A stretch of DNA of 64,000 bases from Nitrospirota bacterium (GTDB lineage: Bacteria > Nitrospirota > Thermodesulfovibrionia > Thermodesulfovibrionales > UBA9159), in assembly GCA_963699545.1 (NCBI GenBank), contig CAVOUE010000012.1, positions 1-64,000 on the forward strand, read 5' to 3'. Of this stretch, positions 1 to 9,117 are shown piece after piece (the stretch's first letter is position 1; each line of letters begins with the position of its first letter). Both the position numbers and the translations under genes were made by a program. The notes under the pieces are model-generated. The model searched no databases, was not told the origin of the DNA, and was given only the letters and a program-made list of their open reading frames with translations.

Positions 1-385
1 CATTGGTACTTTCTAACAGAACTTAAAATTTGAAATACCTTTTCTTTTTCTCCTTAATTCCTTCCTCATCGTAAACTGAATATGGTGAAGATTTAATCAT
101 TTTAGATTCATAAGATCTAAAATCTGAAATCAATGAAGAAAATCTATTTAAAAAATTATCAGATTCCAATTCATATTGTTCGATTGAATCAAATATAAAA
201 TTACAAATCCAGTCATAATCGCCACTTAATCGGTTAGAATATAAACAAAATGATGATTGGTTCACATAGTCAGTTAATTGTTTGATTTTTTCCTGTGACG
301 ACCTTCCATACTTGAATTTCAATAGAACGGTACGATTAATTTTTTCTGAGATTATGTTAGGATTTAAAATTGTCGAATATCCTAA
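1..385 (-). CDS. Fragment of an Lrp/AsnC-family transcriptional regulator (AT-rich, possibly archaeal; probably foreign to the contig)
   Basis: ORF 23..412: GYSTILNP...RLSGDYDWI resembles the Lrp/AsnC linker and ligand-binding domain; much more AT-rich than the rest; abrupt junction at ~386. Confidence 0.5.
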
Positions 386-965
386 AACGCGCGGGCCGGC
401 CGACACGTACACGGACCGGAGCCTCTACGACCGCTGCATCACGCGCGGCTACCCGGGCTCGATGCTGCCGGCGATCTACGGCAACCGGTACGAGATCGTG
501 CAGGCGCCGGGCATGGTCGCCATCCGCTACGAGATGATCCACGAGACGCGCGTCATCCCGCTCGACGGCCGCCCGCACGTCAGCAGCCGGCCATCCGGCA
601 TGGACATGGGCGACTGCGCGCGGCCGGTGGGAGGGCGACACGCTCGTGGTCGAGACCCGACCAACTTCAAGGAGCGCAGCGTCTACCGCAACGCGAACGC
701 GGACACGCTGAAGATCACGGAGCGCTTCACGCCGCGTCGCGCCGACACGCTGCGCTGGACGGTGACGGTGACGACCCCGTCACCTGGACGCGGCCGTGGA
801 CGTTCTCGCTGCCGCTGACGACGGACGCCACGCCCCGCTGCCCGCCTACGACTGTCACGAGGGCAACTACGGCGCTGCCGCAACATCCTGAGCGCCGCGC
901 GCGCGGAGGAGCGGGAGGCGGCTCGGACCGGCCGCCGCGTGGACTCTGTCGAGCGGCCGGGCGAG
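386..965 (+). CDS. Fragment of a GC-rich hypothetical protein, frameshifted (probably foreign to the contig)
   Basis: [55 protein letters not shown], later [11 protein letters not shown] in another frame; very high GC; abrupt junctions on both sides. Confidence 0.5.
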
Positions 966-967
966 AC

Positions 968-1733
968 ACGCCGATCGGGAAAGGGCAAAGGGGAATGATC
1001 GTTGCCGCGCCGAGGACAGGAAAGACAATGCTCCTCCAGTCCATCGCCAAGGCCATAAAGAAGAACCACAAGGAAATCCATCTGATCATACTGCTCATCG
1101 ACGAAAGACCTGAAGAGGTGACCGACTGGAAACGTCAGGTGCCCGGCGCCGAGATCATCAGTTCCACTTTTGATGAGCCGCCGCAGAGGCATATCCAGGT
1201 GGCGGAGATGGTAATCGATCGGGCAAAGAGGCTGGTGGAATGCAATAGAGATGTGGTCATACTCCTGGACAGTATCACACGGCTTGCGCGGGCCTATAAT
1301 GCGATCATCCCTGCGAGCGGCAAGGTCCTGTCGGGTGGCCTTGACGCAAACGCCCTCCAGAAGCCGAAACGTTTCTTCGGAACCGCCAGGAACATAGAAG
1401 ACGGAGGGAGCCTCACTATCATGGCCACCGCCCTTGTAGATACGGGGAGCAGAATGGACGACGTCATCTTTGAAGAGTTCAAGGGAACCGGCAACATGGA
1501 ACTCCACCTCGACAGGAAACTGGTCGACAAGAGGATATTCCCGAGCGATCGACATCAATGCATCCGGGACGAGGAAGGAAGAGCTTCTCGTTGACAAAGA
1601 CACCCTGAACAAGATGTGGATATTGAGGAAGGTCTTCAATCCCCTCACCACTGTGGAGAGCATGGAGTTCCTCCTCGGCAAGCTCATGGCCACAAAGGCC
1701 AATAAAGACTTCCTCGAGATGATGAACAAGTAA
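968..1733 (+). CDS. rho: Transcription termination factor Rho, C-terminal ATPase part only; frameshift near 1545
   Basis: [68 protein letters not shown]. Confidence 0.95.
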
Positions 1734-1816
1734 AAGAGTGACCGGTATCGGGTTGTTTGACAATTCAACCATGCCAGTGACCCATTCACCGATGATCCGC
1801 GACCTCTCCCTGTCCT

Positions 1817-2206
1817 ATGAAACTTGAGGATGATCACTACTGCTTTGTCTGCGGCAGGCAGAATCCCGGCGGGCTCAACCTCGTTTTCTCCTTCCGTGAC
1901 GGCAAGGCATCAGCAGAGTTTTCCCTCGATAAAGGATTTCAGGGGTATAAGGATATTGTCCACGGCGGGATTGTCGCTGCCATCCTCGATGAGGCTATGA
2001 TTAAAGCAGTCCTGGCCCAGGGGATAAAGGCGGTCACCGCAGAGATCACCGTAAGGTTCAAAGACCCGCTTCGTACCAATGAGAAAGCCGTTGTGGACGG
2101 AGAGATCGTAAAGAAGGGGAAAAAGCTGGTCGAGGCGAAGGCTCACATAAAAGGTCCTGATTCAAGGACGATCGCTGAAGGCAAAGGGAAGTTGTACATC
2201 GAGTGA
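1817..2206 (+). CDS. PaaI-family thioesterase (hotdog fold)
   Basis: CFVCGRQNPGGL, QGYKDIVHGGIVAAILDEAM. Confidence 0.85.
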   Translation: MKLEDDHYCFVCGRQNPGGLNLVFSFRDGKASAEFSLDKGFQGYKDIVHGGIVAAILDEAMIKAVLAQGIKAVTAEITVRFKDPLRTNEKAVVDGEIVKKGKKLVEAKAHIKGPDSRTIAEGKGKLYIE

Positions 2207-2329
2207 TCGGGACGTCCTGCAGTTCTTTCAGCGCAATTCTGTTTTGCTCATTCTTAATGCCGTAAGGAAAACAGCGCGGGAATTTCTTTCAGCCCGGCTG
2301 ACATCAACGAGAGGAAGATGTCAGCGTCT

Positions 2330-2702
2330 TTATGCGTATTGTATGGCAACTTCGTAGACAATAGCCGAGTGGTCGGCTGAAGGACCATTGCCTTCACAAC
2401 TGAGTTCTCCTTTTGCAGCCTCTCTGCGGTTTCTGATCATCCCGGTTATGACCTGGGTGAGATCGAACCCTCCGTCAACACAGTCCTTGTTCAAACAGTC
2501 TACCCTGAAAAACGCATAACTGCCGGGAAAGAAATTAACGGTCCGGGGCAATGATTTTTCTATGCCCCTCTGATTATACATCATGCTGATGACGATGCCT
2601 GCAACCTCAGGGAATTGTGCAGCCACAAAGCCTGCGTCGAGCTCTCTGCTGCAGCCTTTCCATCCTTGCTGCATTCTTTCTGCTGTTCATCTGTTGTTCA
2701 TG
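2330..2702 (-). CDS. Hypothetical protein downstream of csp; probable frameshift near 2645
   Basis: ORF 2330..2674; GGGAGG RBS before ATG at 2702; Cys/His pattern CLNKDC...C...H. Confidence 0.6.
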
Positions 2703-2716
2703 TTCCTCCCAAATAT

Positions 2717-2750
2717 GAAAAGGCCCCTCCCGTCTGGAAGGGGCCTTTTC
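2717..2750 (-). terminator. Intrinsic terminator after csp
   Basis: GAAAAGGCCCCT...AGGGGCCTTTTC inverted repeat immediately after the csp stop. Confidence 0.75.
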
Positions 2751-2757
2751 CAGTTAA

Positions 2758-2958
2758 TTACAGTTTAACGACATTGATCGCCTTGGGACCTTTCGGGCCT
2801 TTTTCAGTATCAAAGCTGACCTTGTCACCCTCGGCAAGACTCTTAAAGCCATTGCCCTGGATGGACGTATGGTGAACAAAAGCTTCACTTCCGTCTTCAT
2901 TCGTAATAAAGCCAAAACCTTTGCTGTCGTTAAACCATTTCACAGTTCCTTGTGCCAT
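2758..2958 (-). CDS. cspA: Cold-shock protein
   Basis: [15 protein letters not shown] (RNP1), FVHHTSI (RNP2); GGAGG RBS. Confidence 0.95.
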   Translation of the reverse strand: MAQGTVKWFNDSKGFGFITNEDGSEAFVHHTSIQGNGFKSLAEGDKVSFDTEKGPKGPKAINVVKL

Positions 2959-3074
2959 TTCTTTTACCTCCTTCTCTGTAAACTCAAATCTCAGAAGGCC
3001 TCAAGAAAAAAAGGCCACAAAGTCAAAAGTCTTTGTGGCCTCATAAACGCAAAAACTTCTAAAATTCTATTTTT

Positions 3075-3104
3075 ATGGTAGCATGTGCTTGATCGATTAG
3101 TCAA
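3075..3104 (-). promoter_or_regulatory. Sigma70-type promoter of csp
   Basis: Minus strand TTGACT-18 nt-TACCAT with extended -10 TG. Confidence 0.55.
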
Positions 3105-3144
3105 GAGAAATAAAATCGCCTTGAGACCCTATCCTTTATCCTTC

Positions 3145-3501
3145 TCATCCGCCTGAGCGTTTCGGTCTGTAGCCCATCTTCCCCAGCGCCGCCATGAGCG
3201 CGTCGCAGTGGTCGCCCTGGATTTCGAGCGCTGCATCCCTGGTCGTGCCGCCTGTACCGAGCCTCGCCTTCAGCTGCTTCAGCAGCGCCTCCCTTTCCTT
3301 CTCCGCCATCGTGAGGCCCTCGATGACCGAGACCGACTTCCCGCCCCTGCCCTTCCGGTCAAGCCGGACAGTCACCTTCTGCGGCGCAGGAGACAGGCCT
3401 GCCTGGAAAGCCTTCTCGACAGCCCTCGCCTTCCGGGTTTTGTCTGGCAGGGGCAGCTTCTGATCTGTGGAATAGACTAATTTAGATCGTTCATCGGGCA
3501 C
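3145..3501 (-). CDS. yciH: SUI1/YciH translation initiation factor
   Basis: LVYSTD, RKGRGGKSVSVIEGL, LKARLGTGGT, LEIQGDH. Confidence 0.9.
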   Translation of the reverse strand: MPDERSKLVYSTDQKLPLPDKTRKARAVEKAFQAGLSPAPQKVTVRLDRKGRGGKSVSVIEGLTMAEKEREALLKQLKARLGTGGTTRDAALEIQGDHCDALMAALGKMGYRPKRSGG

Positions 3502-3537
3502 GGTTTTATTTTAGCACGATAAAGAGTGCAGATTGGA

Positions 3538-3671
3538 TGTTAATTCTCACCCAAATATTGCCCCTTTTCTCATTGAAAACTGACCCCCATTCGGGTGCGG
3601 AGTATATCGACACCTAAACACTACAGAGGAATCAAGGGACTCACAATTTTCAAAAGAACTCCGCGCCCAAG
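3538..3671. mobile_element. 134-bp repeat, copy A, with IS21-like terminus
   Basis: Starts TGTTAATTCTCACCC; contains TTTCTCATTGAAAACTGACCCCC identical to copy B; ends TCCGCGCCCAAG. Confidence 0.7.
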
Positions 3672-3894
3672 CAAAATCACGGTCCCAATGCACATCCTGG
3701 AAGAAACGGACAGAGATTGCGATGTTCAAGAAAAGTTTCAACCGAAAAGAAACTCTTATCGGAAGCTTAGAGCCACGCTTGTCTGTCTGTTGGAAGATCT
3801 CTTACGACGCAATGATACCGGGTCACTTTCAGCCGTATTGCATTCCTATTAAAGCTTTGTTATAGTAGTACCACAATACTATCGTGGAGGAAAG

Positions 3895-5130
3895 ATGCTG
3901 GACGATCTCTTCAGGCTCAGTCAGAATTTTATCAGGACACACAGGCAGGATTATGTACGTTACTTCCTGAAGGCCAACCCACTGAAAAGCCGCTTCTCCA
4001 TAATAATAGGGCAAAGGGGTGTTGGAAAGACTACTGCAATGATCCAGCATATCCTCGCTTTCTCAAAGAAAGATACCTTTAGCGCTGAAGCTATTTATGT
4101 CCAGGCAGACCACTTCCTTGTCGGAAGGCAATCCCTGTACGAAATTGCAGAACAGTTTTATAATCTCGGCGGCAAGCTCATCTGTTTTGACGAGATTCAT
4201 AAGTATCCGAACTGGTCGGCAGAAATGAAGAGCATCTATGACACATTTCCCGGTCTTATGATAACTGCGTCTGGCAGTTCGGCACTTGAAATCTATAGGG
4301 GAAGCCATGACCTCAGTAGAAGGGCTGTCATTTACAGAATGTACGGCATGTCCTTCAGGGAATTCCTTGAACTTTCTCTAGGCATCGAGCTTAAATTCAT
4401 TAGTATTGAAGATATTGTGGGCAATCACCAGCGTTCCGCAGACCACATTATCAGTGCCGTCGAGAAGAAACATAGGAAGGTGCTTGCCCTATTTGCTGAA
4501 TACCTAGAATACGGCTATTATCCTTACTTCAGGGATTATAAAGACAAAGTCCTTTTTTATCTCACTTTGGAACAGAACATCCATACAACGCTTGAAAGCG
4601 ATCTTATCGCAATATACCCATCGCTTAGCGGAAACAGTATCAAGAAACTGAAGAGGCTGCTTTCAATTATCGCTGCATCGGTACCTTTTACCCCTGACCT
4701 AAAGAAACTTAAAACGCTGCTCGATGTCGGAGATGAAAGGACCTTGAAGGCTTATCTTAAATACCTTGAGGATGCAGGGATTATCCTGACAGTTTCGAAG
4801 TCGGGGAAATCTATGAGGGCGCTTGAGAAGCCAGAAAAAATATACCTTAATAACCCGAATCTTATTTATGCCGTCAAAGACCGCGAAACTGCTGATACCG
4901 GCAACCTGAGGGAAACCTTCTTTCTGAATATGGTTCGCACCCTTCATAAAGTGTCTGTCCCGACAGCCGGTGATTTCTTGGTCAATCACAAATATACTTT
5001 TGAGGTGGGGGGCAGGAGCAAGAATTTTTCTCAGATCAAGGATGTGAAGCAGTCGTTTCTTGCCTTGGACGGCATCGAGATAGGAGCAGGCAACAAGATA
5101 CCGCTTTGGCTCTTCGGATTTCTATATTAG
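3895..5130 (+). CDS. AAA_14 ATPase with C-terminal DUF4143-like domain
   Basis: Walker A GQRGVGKTT, Walker B FDEIHKY, SGSSAL, EKIYLNNPNL, FEVGG. Confidence 0.85.
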   Translation: MLDDLFRLSQNFIRTHRQDYVRYFLKANPLKSRFSIIIGQRGVGKTTAMIQHILAFSKKDTFSAEAIYVQADHFLVGRQSLYEIAEQFYNLGGKLICFDEIHKYPNWSAEMKSIYDTFPGLMITASGSSALEIYRGSHDLSRRAVIYRMYGMSFREFLELSLGIELKFISIEDIVGNHQRSADHIISAVEKKHRKVLALFAEYLEYGYYPYFRDYKDKVLFYLTLEQNIHTTLESDLIAIYPSLSGNSIKKLKRLLSIIAASVPFTPDLKKLKTLLDVGDERTLKAYLKYLEDAGIILTVSKSGKSMRALEKPEKIYLNNPNLIYAVKDRETADTGNLRETFFLNMVRTLHKVSVPTAGDFLVNHKYTFEVGGRSKNFSQIKDVKQSFLALDGIEIGAGNKIPLWLFGFLY

Positions 5131-5184
5131 AATGAACCCTCGGCACTGACAAATGCCGACCTTAAGAGAACTGGCAATAAGACA

Positions 5185-5613
5185 ATGAAGATGCTAAGAA
5201 TACAGTCATTAGACAAGCGGTGGCATGACAGGGACGAGATCCTTTTACATACAACTTTTCAAGTGCTGGTAGATTTTATAGAAAAGGAGCGCCCTGACAG
5301 AGTCATCGACTGGAGTTCCGATGAAATCCACAAGCACGCGTGGAAGGAAATGAGAGCCCTATACAAATGGTGGACGGAAATAAGGCCAGCTCGACGGAGT
5401 CCACTGGACAACAAGAGGCTATCCGTCCCACCATTGAAGTCTGAGAAGATTGCCGGCACGGACTCTTATCGAATAATCAAGCCCAACAGAAGGAAATATG
5501 CAGCGTTCTATAAGGCGCTGAAAGTGCATAGCTGGTTAGAACAGAAATGGTTTGAAGAAGATCAGCGCAATCTTCATCGACTTATCGACATTAGAGGCTT
5601 TCTCTGGACATAA
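5185..5613 (+). CDS. Hypothetical protein
   Basis: 142-aa ORF, Trp-rich, ends LHRLIDIRGFLWT. Confidence 0.7.
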   Translation: MKMLRIQSLDKRWHDRDEILLHTTFQVLVDFIEKERPDRVIDWSSDEIHKHAWKEMRALYKWWTEIRPARRSPLDNKRLSVPPLKSEKIAGTDSYRIIKPNRRKYAAFYKALKVHSWLEQKWFEEDQRNLHRLIDIRGFLWT

Positions 5614-5675
5614 AGGGCGAACGTTGAAGGCAACTGTGCGGGATTATCTCTTAAGCACGTGCATCCATTAGCAAC

Positions 5676-5809
5676 TGTAAATGCTCACTGAAAAGTGACC
5701 CTCTTTCTCATTGAAAACTGACCCCCGTTCGGGTTCGGAGTTCACCGACAACACTGCACATTTCAATTTATTGCAACAGTAAAGATTTTCGAGAGAAATC
5801 CGCGCTAAC
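5676..5809. mobile_element. 134-bp repeat, copy B, with IS21-like terminus; other end at attC R' GTT
   Basis: TGTAAATGCTCACTGAAAAGTGACCC followed by CTCATTGAAAACTGACCC (tandem sub-terminal repeat); ends at GCTAAC (GTTAGC on minus). Confidence 0.75.
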
Positions 5810-5882
5810 AAGTTGGGTTGAGCGGCGGATTAGGATTACCGTTTGATGCAATTCCGAGATTTCTTTTAAAGACCTATTAGAA
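5803..5882 (-). other. Degenerate attC site (right arm recognisable, left arm pairs poorly)
   Basis: Minus strand after the stop of 5877..7073: ...CCGCCGCTCAACCCAACTT GTTAGCG. Confidence 0.45.
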
Positions 5883-7073
5883 ATCGAAAATGCCTTCGAT
5901 ATCGGATATGTCAGCTGGCATCCAGGGATAACGTGGACAACCTGCAACAACGTCGCTTGTAAAAGAATGCGCGCCCCAGTATTCATCTGGGTCACTGGGC
6001 TCATAAGGTCGTGACAAGTCTTCGTAATGGTGAATCCAACGACCTTTAGCACCTTCTTGCCCGGCTTGCCACCACGACATTCCGGATGCTGGCTCTACCA
6101 GACTGCCACGTGCCAAACTGTCTTGCGACAGAAGGTCGCACTCTTCAGATACTTTAAGTAGAATATTCGACAACTCTTTCGCAATCTTTTCACTTTGGGC
6201 GATAAGGACATCTTTTCGGAACACAAGATTCATGTCTTTACTGATAATCACTTCAGAATTTTCATCGATTAAGGGATAAGAAAGTGACTCACTTATGTAG
6301 GTCACGTAATCTCTAATTCCGCTGTAATTAGAAAGAATAGCCGGAGGATTAATTTTGACAAGCTGATAATGGTAAAAATTTTCAGAGCTTTTATAATTAT
6401 TGAGAATCGGCGATTTGAAAGTGAGTTTTATATTTACCCACTCCTCATTTGCACTGTAGAATGGCGTTGTAATAATTTGCTTTGTACCTAAGGTGCTAAT
6501 TGACTGATACCATGTTTCGGTCGTATTTGTTGGAACCCGTAAGGATTGTGCGAAAAGGTTTGCGAGACATGCTTCGACCCCAAGCAACGTATGCCTGGAA
6601 TTCTGCTTTACTACCCCAACGTCTTCGGCCCTCATTGGACGAAAATGGGCAAGAGAGTTTCGAATAGTACCTATTTCAAGTAGCTTGTTCTTTATGATTT
6701 CCTTGTTTCCCTTAAAGTGTCCTTTAAATTTCGGCCAGTACGCATCTGCCGTAATAAGTTCTACCAACTCACCGCTCGTTAAGTGCATCAGACGAGCTTT
6801 GATATCAAAACCGAGATATCCGAAGTTGTCTGCCTGAGTAATACGCTTAGCCGAGACGCTCTTGATGTTAGCCGTGTTTCCACCAGGCATTGAGAAGTTG
6901 CACTCTTCCCATTTGCTCGAATATTCGTTCTTCAATATCGCATAGACAAACACGCGCAAAGAGTTTTCGAAGCGAAAGAGAATGTTCAGTGCTTCGTAGT
7001 AATGGATGTGTAGCCATCTTTTGGGTATATTGACTAGGCCTTGATCATTTTTTGTGGCAGGTTTCCATTCCAT
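5877..7073 (-). CDS. Gene cassette: Swt1-like HEPN domain protein
   Basis: FENSLRVFV, LTSGELVELI, RNSLAH (RxxxxH); AT-rich; preceded by attC R'. Confidence 0.7.
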   Translation of the reverse strand: MEWKPATKNDQGLVNIPKRWLHIHYYEALNILFRFENSLRVFVYAILKNEYSSKWEECNFSMPGGNTANIKSVSAKRITQADNFGYLGFDIKARLMHLTSGELVELITADAYWPKFKGHFKGNKEIIKNKLLEIGTIRNSLAHFRPMRAEDVGVVKQNSRHTLLGVEACLANLFAQSLRVPTNTTETWYQSISTLGTKQIITTPFYSANEEWVNIKLTFKSPILNNYKSSENFYHYQLVKINPPAILSNYSGIRDYVTYISESLSYPLIDENSEVIISKDMNLVFRKDVLIAQSEKIAKELSNILLKVSEECDLLSQDSLARGSLVEPASGMSWWQAGQEGAKGRWIHHYEDLSRPYEPSDPDEYWGAHSFTSDVVAGCPRYPWMPADISDIEGIFDF

Positions 7074-7125
7074 AAACGATTCTCCTTGGCAGATTTAATA
7101 AATTTTCATGCTGTCATAATGGACC

Positions 7126-7214
7126 AGCTAACGACCTAAATGAGGCGCAGGGGCAATTAGCACTTGCAAAGACCATAGTGGTTATTCACTGTCGCCTCGA
7201 TTTTGTTGTTGTGT
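7126..7214 (-). other. Integron attC site (89 bp)
   Basis: Minus: R'' ACACAAC, arm AAAT[C]GAGGCG[A]CAG pairs with CTGCGCCTCATTT leaving two unpaired bases, R' GTTAGCT. Confidence 0.85.
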
Positions 7215-7979
7215 GGCAATTTTTTCCATTTGTTCCCTGACTATGTTTTGGTAACAACGGAAGCACGCTACGGCTCTTTCATGCTGTTCGCTCAATTTGA
7301 GAATGACATCTTTAAGCTCCAAAGGTTTGCTATATCCGAAGGCATATGCTATAGGGCCGGTATTAGTTACATGCCGAGTCATAATTTTCGAGAGTCCAAA
7401 CTCGATATGAGAAGGAAACCGATGATGATATTGATTTCGGTAATCACCGACAGCATTCTGATATTCCTTGTCCGATAATCGTTCCAGTGCTTGTTTTAGT
7501 TTATTATAAGACTGCCAATTTGCTGCATACTTATCCATTATTGAAAAATAAATCTGATCATCGGCTGGTAAATCATCTTTCCAGTCTCGCCCTAAAATAG
7601 TTCGATTCGCCTGGTGACTTAACTGAGTGACAGAAAAAATAAAACGCGACCGTATTACATAAGGTAAATTGATGCACATGCTGCAAAGAGGTTCGATGAA
7701 TTCATGAATAACATAAAAGCGCTCTTCTTCTGTGTATTCAAGGATAACTTTGGCCCAGGCAGATAGTTTATCAATATAAAGTGAGAGCTGATTTATGACA
7801 TTGGCCAGCTCGGTTGCATGATCTTCGAGCATTTGGAAGTATGGGAAATATAGCATCAATTCTCCCGAAACGCTCTTTGGCAGATTTAGCCAGTTAAAAG
7901 GTAATGGTTGACCCGATATGCTTTTGCTTAATTCAGACCGAAAGTGACTGTATATGGCTATGTATTTATCGTCTTCCAT
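7182..7979 (-). CDS. Gene cassette: putative HEPN-domain protein
   Basis: YRNQYHHR (RxxxxH) in a helical-looking 265-aa ORF; reads into its own attC. Confidence 0.6.
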   Translation of the reverse strand: MEDDKYIAIYSHFRSELSKSISGQPLPFNWLNLPKSVSGELMLYFPYFQMLEDHATELANVINQLSLYIDKLSAWAKVILEYTEEERFYVIHEFIEPLCSMCINLPYVIRSRFIFSVTQLSHQANRTILGRDWKDDLPADDQIYFSIMDKYAANWQSYNKLKQALERLSDKEYQNAVGDYRNQYHHRFPSHIEFGLSKIMTRHVTNTGPIAYAFGYSKPLELKDVILKLSEQHERAVACFRCYQNIVREQMEKIATQQQNRGDSE

Positions 7980-8030
7980 TCATTTGGGTCGCGGAGTTTA
8001 TTAATAAATGATCGGTTCATATTTTCCTCA

Positions 8031-8115
8031 ATCTAACGAGAAACATCACTGGCAGCGGCAACCACAATTGATTTCGTCGCCGCTATTCGCTGTCCAGTGG
8101 ATTTGGTTGTTCAGT
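8031..8115 (-). other. Integron attC site (85 bp)
   Basis: Minus, directly after the TGA at 8116: R'' ACTGAAC, arm AT[C]CACTGG[A]CAGCG pairs with CGCTGCCAGTGAT, R' GTTAGAT. Confidence 0.88.
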
Positions 8116-9099
8116 TCAATTTCGTGAACCGAGCTCAAGTATTTCTTTGTTCTTTGTGTTAAAGAAATGTCCTTTCTTTATGGGTCTACGCTCTCCCGAA
8201 TAATCGCGGGACAGACATATAGTATATTTGACCCAATTAAAGAGCGATACCTGACTAACAATAGAGACATTATCTGCCGCCCAATTCACAGTTACGATAT
8301 GGCCAAGTCTCCTACTGCCTCCTGTTTCATCTGCCAAAATCGGTTCGGCAAGAACGTCGACTATCGGATATAAGGCAGTTTCGTCATAACGAATATATCT
8401 CCGAGTAGTGTTGAAAGTCTTTTGACACATAAATTCACTATCTTGCCAATATGCAAAATAGTTAAAGGCAACTTTTGATATTGCACGAAATATTTTTCTA
8501 TCTATTGTTCCTTCAATTTGATAAAGCAAAGTATCGCTTTCATGTCTTGGAATAAATTCGCCGCCTGAATTAAGAGAGATGCCTTTCTCCCTAAGTTTAT
8601 CTTCCAGTCTTTTCATATCCATTCCGTATGATCGTATGCCATGCGGATTGCTGAGCTCGAAATTCTCTTCCAAGTATTTCTTGTCAGGTACTTCATTTAA
8701 CAAGTAGTAGACGTACTCATCTGCATTAGGCTGTTTGAATCCCATTTGAGGAAGAGGTTTAAGCACAATCTTATTACTGCCTGGCGAATATTCGCGGCAA
8801 GCAAATATGCCCTTCAAAGGCCCTCCTGCAACACGGATTATTAATCTACTCTTCTTGCCGTAGGATTTATAATTATTAGCGGCCTTCACATTAAATTCGA
8901 ATCTCGATTGACCCTCGTAAGTGTCGCGTGCCAGATCGAGCTCTAAATTTTCTCCGAAATATTTATTGCAATCATTGCAAACCACCTTTTTTAAAGTGAA
9001 ATTATTCTTGAATACTCCAAACGATTGTGGAATCACATGCTCCGTATTGGTAAATGATTTTATAGGTTTACTCTCCAAACAATATATGCATTTTGTCAT
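8116..9099 (-). CDS. Gene cassette: HNH endonuclease (HNH_5-like N-terminus)
   Basis: CIYC...EHVIPQSFG...VCNDCNKYFG. Confidence 0.8.
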   Translation of the reverse strand: MTKCIYCLESKPIKSFTNTEHVIPQSFGVFKNNFTLKKVVCNDCNKYFGENLELDLARDTYEGQSRFEFNVKAANNYKSYGKKSRLIIRVAGGPLKGIFACREYSPGSNKIVLKPLPQMGFKQPNADEYVYYLLNEVPDKKYLEENFELSNPHGIRSYGMDMKRLEDKLREKGISLNSGGEFIPRHESDTLLYQIEGTIDRKIFRAISKVAFNYFAYWQDSEFMCQKTFNTTRRYIRYDETALYPIVDVLAEPILADETGGSRRLGHIVTVNWAADNVSIVSQVSLFNWVKYTICLSRDYSGERRPIKKGHFFNTKNKEILELGSRN

Positions 9100-9117
9100 A
9101 AGATTAATCCTGAGTTA

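Noticed and set aside
1-22. Sequencing adapter remnant
   Set aside because: Resemblance is too short; the bases can be read as a continuation of the Lrp-like fragment.
282-818. Single 178-aa ORF
   Set aside because: Spans the AT-rich/GC-rich junction at ~386, so it is a fusion artefact.
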